From NCBI GenBank assembly GCA_048938385.1, contig JBHLMG010000003.1, positions 21,090 to 85,089 on the forward strand: a stretch of 64,000 nt of DNA. Reading direction: 5' to 3'. Of this stretch, positions 1 through 9,314 are shown piece by piece; the stretch's first letter is position 1; every line of letters begins with the position of its first letter. Source of the DNA: Promethearchaeota archaeon (GTDB lineage: Archaea; Asgardarchaeota; Hermodarchaeia; Hermodarchaeales; Hermodarchaeaceae). Below the pieces are notes generated by a model. That model saw only the letters and a program-made list of their open reading frames with translations, had not been told where the DNA came from and searched no databases. The position numbers and the translations under genes were made by a program.

Positions 1-659
1 CAATGGTTCGATCACCCCCTGCTATACGCGACGAGCAAATACAATTACAAGCCATGATTGAAACAATTTCGGCTACGGCGACAGACCATCAAGCCTTCCA
101 AGAACAAGAACAAGTGGTCCAACAACTCTATCAATATCTTAAGGACCGTCAGCTCCACTTGGAGAATCTAATGACCGATGTCGACCGACGGTTAACCCGG
201 TGGCGAGAGGAACTCGAAACCACAATTACGACCCTAAACCACCGGATGAACCAACTCCTAAGCCATTTCCTCAAACAGGTTAAATTGATTGTGCGGTACC
301 CTGACGAACCTAGTCGTGCTGAACTCCACCTCCAACTCGCCATCAATCGAAAGGGCCAATGGCGAACTTATCAAGAAATGTCTGGTGGAGAAAGGGTTCT
401 TGCTACTCAAACATTCATTCTTGCTCTCCATACGCTAGCGAAGAGTCCCTTGCATGTGATAGATGAATTCACTCAGCGCCTCGATGAAGCCAGTCGTGCA
501 GCGGTGTTGAGCATTGTACAACGAACACTTGGCTTGACTAAGACGGATGCTCACATCTATCCTCAGTTTCTGTTGATGGCTCCTTCCACAGTAGGTCTTC
601 AAATCCCTGAAGCTATGCACCATGTCATCCTTCTCAAAGGGCAGGTGAAAACATCATGA
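1..659 (+). CDS. SMC-family ATPase, C-terminal part (5'-truncated by window), SMC5/6-like head
   Basis: Coiled coil followed by signature MSGGER, Walker B/D-loop SPLHVIDEFTQRLD and QFLLMAP. The spacing and residues resemble SMC5 (PFRVVDEINQGMD..QYFFITP) and SMC6 (DEFDVFMD) more than canonical Smc (DEVDAALD..QFIVITH). Confidence 0.85.
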   Translation, partial: MVRSPPAIRDEQIQLQAMIETISATATDHQAFQEQEQVVQQLYQYLKDRQLHLENLMTDVDRRLTRWREELETTITTLNHRMNQLLSHFLKQVKLIVRYPDEPSRAELHLQLAINRKGQWRTYQEMSGGERVLATQTFILALHTLAKSPLHVIDEFTQRLDEASRAAVLSIVQRTLGLTKTDAHIYPQFLLMAPSTVGLQIPEAMHHVILLKGQVKTS

Positions 660-1453
660 ACACGAATGATACTTCTACTCACCTGCGCAGTTTACCACGA
701 AGGAAACCTTGGCGAAAATCATTCCATCAAAATTACAAGAGGTACCGGTTAACCTTCTACGGTACCAAGAACCTCATCATCACTCTTTGGAACCTGACGA
801 AGAAATATGAGGGTGCCCTCAAACACCAAGAAGTAGTTCCCATCAAAGAAGCTGAAATAGACCGGGAAGAAGTAACTGAATCCTATAAAATCGTAGAGAC
901 ACCCTGGGAACGTGATCTCGATGGACGGTTCTATCATCACCTCGCCACTATGCAACACCGAAGGGATTCAAATCTTGCCATACCAGAAATTTCTCCTCAT
1001 GAATGGATATACTACTTTGCTAATGAAGTCAAACGACGCGCGACCCCCCTTTTGTATTTGGTCAGCCCTGAAAAAGCAGTACCACCCTTTGGACTTCCGC
1101 CCGAAGATGCTCCCGTCGCATTAGCTAACCCTCCCACACCGACTGACCAACAAGCCATGCAGAAACTCAAGATACCCTACGAAGAGTTATCCTATGATTC
1201 ATTAGAACTCTACCGTAACGCGCTGATTCAACGGTTGCAAGGCAAACGCATCAACTATTTTGATTTAGCCAATCATCTAACGAATTGGGAATTAGATCTG
1301 TTAAGTCAAATGATAAGAGATAACACCATCAATGCAACCTTCGGAAAATCAGCGATTCAGTTTCACAAATCTTCACGGAATATAACTAGAAATCCAGAAT
1401 TCGTCGCTGTCGCAATAGCTGCCCGAAACTATGAGGAGGTCTCGACTCAGTGA
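656..1453 (+). CDS. putative kleisin, Nse4-like C-terminal winged helix
   Basis: ATGA overlap with the SMC gene. Pro-rich central linker. C-terminal LIQRLQGKRINYFDLAN...LLSQMIRDNTINA resembles the Nse4 C-terminal motif (INxFxF..N....SFLIRDG). Confidence 0.55.
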   Translation: MNTNDTSTHLRSLPRRKPWRKSFHQNYKRYRLTFYGTKNLIITLWNLTKKYEGALKHQEVVPIKEAEIDREEVTESYKIVETPWERDLDGRFYHHLATMQHRRDSNLAIPEISPHEWIYYFANEVKRRATPLLYLVSPEKAVPPFGLPPEDAPVALANPPTPTDQQAMQKLKIPYEELSYDSLELYRNALIQRLQGKRINYFDLANHLTNWELDLLSQMIRDNTINATFGKSAIQFHKSSRNITRNPEFVAVAIAARNYEEVSTQ

Positions 1454-2094
1454 CAACAGACCCTGTCAAGCCCACCAACTCAGTAACCCCTCCTGAGACC
1501 CCAGATGAAGAAGAGGAACCAGAAGAACGCCATCTTCTCGGCCAACTGTTCGCTGCCCTTACTGCGCGGTACCGCAACGATGATGGGCAATTGAATATTG
1601 GTATTAAGCGCCAGGATTTACTTGAAGCACTTCACATTAACAAAACTGGGCTTGATCGCCTATTGGATCTCCTTCGACAGCAAATTATCCCTCTTGGGCT
1701 AGAACTGGTGGAATACCGGCTTGGTCGAGACACGCTTTATTGTATTCGTACAATATATGGGGTTCCTGGCGAACTCTCAGATCCTGAATACGCCGTTTTG
1801 GGTGTTATTATTGCCAAAATTGAACAAGCGGGTCAAGGACGAAGGATACGCCGTATAGCCACTAAGGCACTTGAAACGGTACTCGTTTCCCGAGGTCGGC
1901 TTTCACGCTATCAACTCGATCGAATTTTACGCCGGCTTCTGGAACTCGGATATATCTCTCGAAGTGCACGACGCATCGAATATGGTCCACGACTTGAACT
2001 GGAATTTGATCCTGAACGTAGAGAAGCAATTGCTAACGCCGCCACTATATACCTTGCGGGGGCAACATCAGCTACCGAGGATGATACGCGATGA
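1450..2094 (+). CDS. KITE-type tandem winged-helix protein, MAGE/Nse3(Nse1)-like
   Basis: GTGA overlap. Motifs IKRQDLL, GLELVE, LGVIIAKI, LRRLLELGYI and YGPRLELEF parallel MAGE/Nse3 (PIKRxD, FGxELxE, GLLxxIL, LVxxxYL, WGPRAxxE). Confidence 0.7.
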   Translation: MTTDPVKPTNSVTPPETPDEEEEPEERHLLGQLFAALTARYRNDDGQLNIGIKRQDLLEALHINKTGLDRLLDLLRQQIIPLGLELVEYRLGRDTLYCIRTIYGVPGELSDPEYAVLGVIIAKIEQAGQGRRIRRIATKALETVLVSRGRLSRYQLDRILRRLLELGYISRSARRIEYGPRLELEFDPERREAIANAATIYLAGATSATEDDTR

Positions 2095-2549
2095 AGCTTG
2101 ATCTGTCCACCGTAGGGATATCCTGCGTCGCTTGTGGAAAGCGCACCACGCTTGAACAGGCCATTCAGAGCGGGTGGCATCAATGTCTTCGCTGCCAGTT
2201 CTTCATTGATCCACAATGCCTCCACATAGTTCAAGATACCATGGGGGGCATTTGTCCCTCCTTCAGCCAAGGTGTGACCCGCCATGGCTTACAACGTGCA
2301 GACATTCCCTCTGAACAGATTCTCATCTTCGTTAAAGACCAATACCAAAAAGGACGAATTGGTGCCCTGATTGATTCATTGTTCTATACCAAACCCACTC
2401 CTCTGTTACCTCCACAACATGACGAGCCAAGTGCAACGATAACTGAAGAACCTCTAACGCGGGAAGAAATCTGGCGAAGGTATGGCCTCGTTTTAGTCCG
2501 GCGGACGCAAGGTAAGTGGGTGGCTTGGGAAAAGGTTGGCGTAACCTAA
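2091..2549 (+). CDS. small zinc-finger protein (RING-variant or ZZ-like)
   Basis: ATGA overlap. Pattern C12-x2-C15-x16-C32-x2-C35-x4-D40-x2-C43-x11-C55-P...H65. Confidence 0.65.
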   Translation: MKLDLSTVGISCVACGKRTTLEQAIQSGWHQCLRCQFFIDPQCLHIVQDTMGGICPSFSQGVTRHGLQRADIPSEQILIFVKDQYQKGRIGALIDSLFYTKPTPLLPPQHDEPSATITEEPLTREEIWRRYGLVLVRRTQGKWVAWEKVGVT

Positions 2550-2619
2550 AATTAGGTAGCCATAAACTATTTACTATTCACATGCAAATACTACTCGCTG
2601 GCTACCTATCTAATTACAG

Positions 2620-2976
2620 TTGGAGACGAATGGTTTGACAGAGCACAAGCCTTACAGTTGGGTAAAGCACGCAGTTCGAAAATGGAAACAATTCTACTAT
2701 GAGATTTTACGGGCTGATGGGCAAATCGACTTATCCAATCCTCTTAGCATGATTTTCAGTCCTGAGTTCCTGCTTACTAAGATTAGTGATGTTTCACCCC
2801 CCTCAGAAACAGCGCCCACAAAACAAGAACACACACCTCCCTCTGACTCAACACCAGCAAGCGATTCTGTTAGTAAGGATCTGAAAAAACGAAGAAAGGG
2901 CCGTTTCCCTTTAAAAATCAAAGAAATTCAAGCACTGTCCATTCAATCCAAATCTTTCTTCTCAAAGTGCTTCTGA
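2620..2976 (+). CDS. hypothetical protein
   Basis: 118-aa ORF filling the gap, with a low-complexity S/P/T middle and basic C-terminus; no recognisable motif. Confidence 0.4.
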   Translation: METNGLTEHKPYSWVKHAVRKWKQFYYEILRADGQIDLSNPLSMIFSPEFLLTKISDVSPPSETAPTKQEHTPPSDSTPASDSVSKDLKKRRKGRFPLKIKEIQALSIQSKSFFSKCF

Positions 2977-2977
2977 G

Positions 2978-3946
2978 TCATTCAAGGTCGAGTTCTTGGA
3001 CAATTTTTTCTACAAGGATTGCTGCACTTTTCTTTGTTCCCGCTGATTCTGTTATTACTTCCTCTTCTGTGTCTTCAGGCAAAGGTGGTAATCCTGCTAA
3101 TGTACGCACTATCCCCGAAATAGCGTGGCGTGCTACAATGACTTCTGAACCTCCTGATAGTAGAACGATTAACCGCCCTTCGCAAACCTCCTCTGCAGTA
3201 GTCAGTAAGATCTCTGTCATTGCTGGAAACGCATTCAGAGATAATTGAAACCCTCCGTAGTCGAGGGCATGAGCATCATGACCCATATTCCATAAAATCA
3301 CTTGGGCTTGATTCTTCTTCGCAAGGGGGGGAACTAATCGCTTAAGGGCGTCAACAAAAGAAGCGTCGCTACAGTTACCAGGAAAAGGCACATCCACATG
3401 TCGAGCTGAAATGACATCGATTTCCTCATAATAACTTGCCTCGAAGTTCAGATGGTACACTCCCTCATCGTCACCGAGAATATCACGGGTTCCATCTCCC
3501 GGATGAGGATCCGTATCCACGATGAAGAAACGCTCTACCTTGAATTTTTGCTGTAAATTCCGAACTAACAGGGCTGAATTATTGTAATAACAAAAGCCCC
3601 AGAAAGAATCCCGGCTGGCGTGGTGTCCCGCACATCCAGTGAATACAAAGGCGTTTCGAGCTTCACCTTTCCAAACAGCTTCACCCGCTCGAACCGCCGC
3701 TCCGGCTGATACCACTGATGCAAGGTGATATCCTGATTTTTTTACCAATTGAATATGCTGTGGGGTGTGAACTTGCGACAACAGCGTATCAGCTACCGTG
3801 GGCGCCTCTTCTACCATTACTCCTGGTGAATCTAAGGTCCCAGTCGCTTGTAAATACTCGAAGGCAGGTTTTACACGACCTGCAAGGACGGGATATCCTT
3901 CAGCAGACATTAGTCGATGATACAGCACAAGTGTTCTACCTTGCAT
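2978..3946 (-). CDS. histone deacetylase family protein (Zn-dependent amidohydrolase)
   Basis: GHHA, GFC, DTDPHPGDGT and GHDAHALD motifs. Start placed at ATG (MQGRT); the ORF is open to 4012. Confidence 0.85.
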   Translation of the reverse strand: MQGRTLVLYHRLMSAEGYPVLAGRVKPAFEYLQATGTLDSPGVMVEEAPTVADTLLSQVHTPQHIQLVKKSGYHLASVVSAGAAVRAGEAVWKGEARNAFVFTGCAGHHASRDSFWGFCYYNNSALLVRNLQQKFKVERFFIVDTDPHPGDGTRDILGDDEGVYHLNFEASYYEEIDVISARHVDVPFPGNCSDASFVDALKRLVPPLAKKNQAQVILWNMGHDAHALDYGGFQLSLNAFPAMTEILLTTAEEVCEGRLIVLLSGGSEVIVARHAISGIVRTLAGLPPLPEDTEEEVITESAGTKKSAAILVEKIVQELDLE

Positions 3947-4084
3947 CCAATCACAACAAGACTCTACTATTACGGGCTTAGGATTAATACAATTGCATTT
4001 GTTTGTTTCCAATTTTTCTCGCTGAATTGGATGTTTCCTCCCTCTCTATGACTGCCCTTAACCTATTAATGGACGAAGTAAGCG

Positions 4085-6727
4085 ATGATGGATGGGTTAA
4101 GTCAAAAAGAAATAGGAGCAAAGGTGTATACTAATCAGAACCCCTCGGAAGAACCCAATTTGACAGCAAAGTTCCCAAAGGACTTCTCCAAAATAGAAGA
4201 ATTACTTTCAAAGGGGCAATACCAAGAGGTGCTACAACGAATTGAGGTTGTGTTGCAGAAAGCCCGTAAAAATGAAAACCTCTTATTTGAATTTGATGCC
4301 CTGATCTTGAAGGCAGAGGCTAATTGGCGTCTAGGCAGACACGAAGAAGGGTACCGCTTTTTGATAGAAGGAGAGGGAGTTCTTGCACAAATTGAAACCC
4401 AGAAATTAGTGGATAGTACAGAAATCCAGCGAAGAAAAGCAAGATTAAGGCATCATGAGGGTATTTTCTACTGGTTTAGAGGTGATCTCGAAAAAGCCAT
4501 AGATTCGCATCAACAGAGCTTAAGAATCAAAACAGAACTCGGTGACCGACGGGGCATGGCAAGGTCATTCAACAATCTTGGTCTCGTATATTGGTCAAAG
4601 GGTGATCTTCGCCAATCGCTAAACTATTACCAACAGAGCCTTGTTATCAATGAAGAGCTTGGCGACAAACGCGATATTGCGGTTACGCTCACAAACATGG
4701 GGAACGCGTACACCCGGTTAGGTGATCTCGAAAAGGCTCTGGAGCTTCAAAATCGGAGTTTAACCATCAGAGAAGAATTGGGAAACAAACATGATATTGC
4801 ATTATCGATCATCAACTTGGGTGCCGTTTTCCAATTAAAGGGGGATCTCAACCAAGCGTTAGAGTGTTATCAACGAGGCTTAGTTCTCTTTGAGGATTTG
4901 GGTATCAAACGCGATATTGCCTTGGCTCTGAACAATCTTGGAAATATTTTCGAATGGAAAGGCGATCTCGATCGAGCGCTAGACTATTTTCAACGGAGTT
5001 TAGATGTATATGAGGAATTGGGCTACACAGAAAACATCGCCCTATTACTCTCTAACATAGGTGAGGTTCATCGAAAGAAAGGAAATCCTGAAACAGCACA
5101 AGAGTACTATCAACAGGGTTTGACGATATTCTCTGCGATGGAAAACGACCCTTTAATGGCGGTTATTCTTTTAGAACTCATCTGGGTTGGTATGGAAAAA
5201 GAAGATTCAAGTCTTATTGAAGAATCACTCGATAGGCTGAAACAAATCAATGAACGAAATGATAATCCAGTCATCGATCAACACTACCGTATTGCTACCG
5301 CCCTCGTCCTCAAACAGAGTAATCGGGTCCGTGAGAAAATGCAAGCGGAAACCATTCTCCAAGAAGTGGTCAACGAAGCAGTAGTCAACCATTCACTGAC
5401 AGTCACAGCGATGATCCATCTTTGCGACCTGCTCATCTCAGAATTGAAGATGACTGGAGAAGAAGAGTTGTTTGGAGAAATCAAAAACCTGACGGAACAG
5501 TTACTCAATATTGCTGAACAACAAGCATCTCAGTTCCTACTCACAGAAATTTATCTCCTTCAATCTAAACTAGCCTTAATAGAACTTGATATGGGACAGG
5601 CAAAGAAATTACTTGCAAAAGCATTGCAAATCGCCAATGAAAAGGGTTTAGACGGCATCGCCCGTACTGTGAATCAAGAATATGAACTGCTTCAGTCACA
5701 AGTGCAAAAGTGGGAACTAATCATCCAACAAAATCCTTCCAAGCAAGAAATGATTGATCAAACCAAACTTGATGATCTGCTCGGAAAAATGATTCAAGAG
5801 ACCGTCACTGCCCTCATGGAAGAACGGGGGATTTCAGGGGCATTACCCAAGAAGAAATACAACCTGGAATATCATGACTTCCTCAAAGATAGCTCAAAAA
5901 CCGTTAAACACCATTTCCGTGTGGGCATAGCTCAAATTGGACTATCTCAGAATGGTGACATTCTTAATGAATTGTATCAAGAGCAGGCACCAGGACTCTT
6001 TGGATTACAAGGCGACAAAGTAGGTGTGGTAAAGGAAACTCTTAGAAACATGGTCGAGCAAGCCAGCTCCGAGAAGGTTAACATCCTTATTCTCCCAGAA
6101 CTCACTGTTGACTTGAATTATCCCGCATTACAGGCTGAAGTGTTAAACTTAGCTAAAAGCTATAACATGTATTTGATTCCAGGCTCTTATCACGATTCAA
6201 AAACTAAACAAAATTGGAGTATAGTGGTTTCTCCTGAAGGAATACTCTGGAAACAAGAGAAACACATACCAGCGATAATCCACTTTGAAAATAAAAGAAT
6301 AACCGAAGGTATTGACACAAGTTCGACACCTCGAACCATCATAGTCGGTAACACTGAATATGGACGAATCGCCATTGTCCTCTGCCGAGACTTCCTGGAC
6401 ATGGATTTACGCGTCGACTTGAAAAACTTCGACCCTCCCATAGACCTAATCATCAACCCTGCGTTTACTCCTGTAACCGCGGATTTCAAGGCTGCCCACT
6501 TTGATGCTCGTCGATCAATTTACGCGTACTGCTTTTTTGCTAATGTTGCCGAATTCGGTGATTCTCTAATCTACACCCCTGAAAAAGACCGGACCGAAAG
6601 AACAATCCCACCGAGGGAAGAAAACCTAATTTACAAAGATATAGATCTGTTTCAACTTCGTTCAGAACGCAAAAAATGGGATCTCGAACAGAAGAAAAAA
6701 CACGGATTCATTCAAAGTACTCGTTAG
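4085..6727 (+). CDS. TPR-repeat protein with C-terminal carbon-nitrogen hydrolase (nitrilase-like) domain
   Basis: About 6-7 TPR units (NNLGxxY..GDL..AL.YYQ.SL). C-terminal ILILPELT / KQEKHIPA / VLCRDFL give the E-K-C triad. Confidence 0.85.
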   Translation: MMDGLSQKEIGAKVYTNQNPSEEPNLTAKFPKDFSKIEELLSKGQYQEVLQRIEVVLQKARKNENLLFEFDALILKAEANWRLGRHEEGYRFLIEGEGVLAQIETQKLVDSTEIQRRKARLRHHEGIFYWFRGDLEKAIDSHQQSLRIKTELGDRRGMARSFNNLGLVYWSKGDLRQSLNYYQQSLVINEELGDKRDIAVTLTNMGNAYTRLGDLEKALELQNRSLTIREELGNKHDIALSIINLGAVFQLKGDLNQALECYQRGLVLFEDLGIKRDIALALNNLGNIFEWKGDLDRALDYFQRSLDVYEELGYTENIALLLSNIGEVHRKKGNPETAQEYYQQGLTIFSAMENDPLMAVILLELIWVGMEKEDSSLIEESLDRLKQINERNDNPVIDQHYRIATALVLKQSNRVREKMQAETILQEVVNEAVVNHSLTVTAMIHLCDLLISELKMTGEEELFGEIKNLTEQLLNIAEQQASQFLLTEIYLLQSKLALIELDMGQAKKLLAKALQIANEKGLDGIARTVNQEYELLQSQVQKWELIIQQNPSKQEMIDQTKLDDLLGKMIQETVTALMEERGISGALPKKKYNLEYHDFLKDSSKTVKHHFRVGIAQIGLSQNGDILNELYQEQAPGLFGLQGDKVGVVKETLRNMVEQASSEKVNILILPELTVDLNYPALQAEVLNLAKSYNMYLIPGSYHDSKTKQNWSIVVSPEGILWKQEKHIPAIIHFENKRITEGIDTSSTPRTIIVGNTEYGRIAIVLCRDFLDMDLRVDLKNFDPPIDLIINPAFTPVTADFKAAHFDARRSIYAYCFFANVAEFGDSLIYTPEKDRTERTIPPREENLIYKDIDLFQLRSERKKWDLEQKKKHGFIQSTR

Positions 6728-6745
6728 TTCAAAGTTGAATGTATC

Positions 6746-7207
6746 GTGATACGAGGTTTTTTAGGGGGAGACATCACTGAGTCCAACTCCATTCAAGCTC
6801 TGAGGCGAATGTTCTTGGGATTTGATATTCCTTTTGACCGCGTGAAAGCTGCATTACAGGAGCATCTAGTAATTAGTGCAGACGCAGCAGCTCGCACCAT
6901 AAAATTAGAGTTTAAGGGCACAGTCTATGAGGACATGCCCTTCATGGATATGCTCGATGACGAAGAAGGCTTGAAGCGGATGGCTCGTAACTTTATAGGT
7001 GAGGAAATCGCCTACACCACTGAACCACTCCCTGATGGCCAAGGCGTCCTCTTACATTTTGAAACTGATAGGGCATATCAGAAAATGTACGAGTTTCTTG
7101 ATGGCCTAGTCAATGGTAACCTCCTCAAAGAGCTCATCGAGAAAGTCGTGAAATCAATGTTTTCTGCTATAAACGATGACCGTTCTGAATTTGACAATAC
7201 CACCTAA
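6746..7207 (+). CDS. hypothetical protein
   Basis: 153-aa ORF with globular composition; start uncertain. Confidence 0.6.
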   Translation: MIRGFLGGDITESNSIQALRRMFLGFDIPFDRVKAALQEHLVISADAAARTIKLEFKGTVYEDMPFMDMLDDEEGLKRMARNFIGEEIAYTTEPLPDGQGVLLHFETDRAYQKMYEFLDGLVNGNLLKELIEKVVKSMFSAINDDRSEFDNTT

Positions 7208-7331
7208 AACGCAAAGAGAAGTGGTTATTTACACAATTGAATCTGAGAATCCTTCACGGATAATGATTCGCCTAAACATGATACACGGTGAACAAGAAGT
7301 TCTGAAAATCTCCGCAGAGGCTAATGGCTAG

Positions 7332-8702
7332 ATGATTCGTAACATACCCGAGCTGATCAAAGGGTCTGCCCCCACACAACATGCCAGACGAATTGTTTTG
7401 CATCTTCTCAATGAGGCCCTAAATGCTGTTAATCCACGAACACTCACTGAGCATGCTCTCCGCTTCGATAACAGCATGATAACCTTTGGAAACCAACAAC
7501 TACACTTGGATGAAATCAATGGAGTGTTTGTAATCGGTGCAGGAAAAGCCACTGGTCGAATGGCTGAAGCTATCGAAACGCTTCTCAATGATCACATTAT
7601 TGGTGGCCTCATCATTGTGCCTGAAACCACAGTCAACGATTACTCTCTAGACCTCATACAAATTCGGGGAGGTGGACATCCAGTTCCCACTGAAGCCAGT
7701 ATTACAGCTACACAACAACTCATCGACATGGTCACCCACACCCCTCCTGATACTCTGATACTCAGTTTATTCTCTGGTGGCGGTTCTGCCCTCCTCACAT
7801 TGCCCTCTCCGCCCATTACTTTAGAAGAACTGCAGCAAACAACCGAACTCTTGCTTCGCTCAGGTATGCCCATTGCTGAGATCAACACAATCCGCAAACA
7901 CCTCTCTCAAGTCAAAGGCGGCCAACTCTTCCGTCACATCCACCCCCGTCATCATTGGGGCTTACTCCTCTCTGATGTCCCAGATGATCAACTTGACATG
8001 ATTGCCAGTGGTCCAACGCTCCCAGACTCCACCACCTTCTCTGATGTTGCCACTCTATTTGACACCTACCAGCTCTGGAACCAAGTACCTGGTTCTGTTC
8101 AAGACCATCTCACCACTGGGGTTCAAGGAAGGGCAGCAGACACACCTAAACCAAATGATCCCCTCTTCATTCAGTCATTTCATCAGCTCATTGGAACAAA
8201 TCATGATGCATGCCAAGCTGCACTAGCACACGCTCAGCATCAGGGGTTCAAAACACGCATTCTCACCACAAACTGTCAGGGTGAGGCCCGAGAAGTTGGT
8301 GCCCAACTTGGACGGCTCGCCCAACAACTGACCTTACAGGAACAAGCGCAAATCGTAATCATTGGTTCGGAAACCACAGTGACAATCCAGCAAGAAGGTA
8401 AAGGTGGTCGCAACACCGAACTGGTTGCGGCCGCATTGCCCTACATGCATGGAACGAAGGGACTTGTACTCGCAAGCCTGGCCACTGATGGGCTTGACGG
8501 ACCTACTGACGCCGCCGGTGCCATCGCTGATGGCGAATCCCATCAACGCGCACATGTCTTGAACCTATCCCCTACCCTCCACCTCGAATCCAACACAACT
8601 TATCACCTCTTTCACAATCTCGGAGACCTTTTAATCACTGGACCTACGCACACAAATGTTCGCGATATCACTCTCATCCTCTGGATGGGAACAGGTCAAT
8701 AA
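7332..8702 (+). CDS. glycerate 2-kinase / hydroxypyruvate reductase (MOFRL family)
   Basis: GAGKA, GGHPVP, SGGGSAL, RKHLSQVKGG, IASGPT, GGRNTE, TDGLDG, TGPTHTNVRD. Confidence 0.92.
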   Translation: MIRNIPELIKGSAPTQHARRIVLHLLNEALNAVNPRTLTEHALRFDNSMITFGNQQLHLDEINGVFVIGAGKATGRMAEAIETLLNDHIIGGLIIVPETTVNDYSLDLIQIRGGGHPVPTEASITATQQLIDMVTHTPPDTLILSLFSGGGSALLTLPSPPITLEELQQTTELLLRSGMPIAEINTIRKHLSQVKGGQLFRHIHPRHHWGLLLSDVPDDQLDMIASGPTLPDSTTFSDVATLFDTYQLWNQVPGSVQDHLTTGVQGRAADTPKPNDPLFIQSFHQLIGTNHDACQAALAHAQHQGFKTRILTTNCQGEAREVGAQLGRLAQQLTLQEQAQIVIIGSETTVTIQQEGKGGRNTELVAAALPYMHGTKGLVLASLATDGLDGPTDAAGAIADGESHQRAHVLNLSPTLHLESNTTYHLFHNLGDLLITGPTHTNVRDITLILWMGTGQ

Positions 8703-8774
8703 TCTGCAGATCTACAGAATTCTTTTTTCCATCTCGGCAAAGGCTTTTGTAGAGCTATTCTGAAAGCACCACTC

Positions 8775-9239
8775 ATGCCAAGAGAATCTTCTGGTCCGAT
8801 GCTTCAGACACTAAAATGCTCTGAATGCGGTGCAAAAATTACCCCTGATGCCTTACAACCTGGAAGTCCACTCATCTGTGAATACTGTGGTGCTATCAAT
8901 ATCCGACAAACACCGCAACTTCTGCAACCAACCGCTCGCCGCTTTGGACGACGCCCAGGAATGGCTACTCGACGAGGACTAATGCGTGCCCCAATTCTCT
9001 ACATTGCTCGATTGCTCTCAGATAAAGGTGCTATAGATGCCAAAACCCTACGAGAATATACAAAACGCAACATCGACCGCCGTATGCGGCCAGTCGATGC
9101 TCTTCGTCAGGCTCTCCGCCAAATGCGAGACGAAGGAAAACTCAACCGGGATAAAATTCTACATACCGTAGATGAGCTTATTGCTGATAAGAAACTTCCC
9201 CCCAGAGTCCGCGATAACTTTGCACGGCTTCTCCAATAA
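8775..9239 (+). CDS. zinc-ribbon domain protein
   Basis: CSECG...CEYCG N-terminus followed by a basic helical domain. Confidence 0.7.
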   Translation: MPRESSGPMLQTLKCSECGAKITPDALQPGSPLICEYCGAINIRQTPQLLQPTARRFGRRPGMATRRGLMRAPILYIARLLSDKGAIDAKTLREYTKRNIDRRMRPVDALRQALRQMRDEGKLNRDKILHTVDELIADKKLPPRVRDNFARLLQ

Positions 9240-9314
9240 CTCTACTATTCATTTTTTGGCTCCTCAAACATTTTTGCCCTAGGAATGGCAAAGAGTTCTC
9301 AACAAACAAGAAAT

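Noticed and set aside
1-2549. Wadjet (JetABCD) or canonical Smc-ScpAB call for the first operon
   Set aside because: No JetD/Toprim gene is visible, the gene order differs, and the head and KITE motifs fit SMC5/6 and MAGE better. Not fully excluded, because the upstream part is outside the window.
6764-6775. ATC start codon after GGGGGAG for the 6746-7207 gene
   Set aside because: Spacing is short and canonical in-frame starts exist; cannot be supported.
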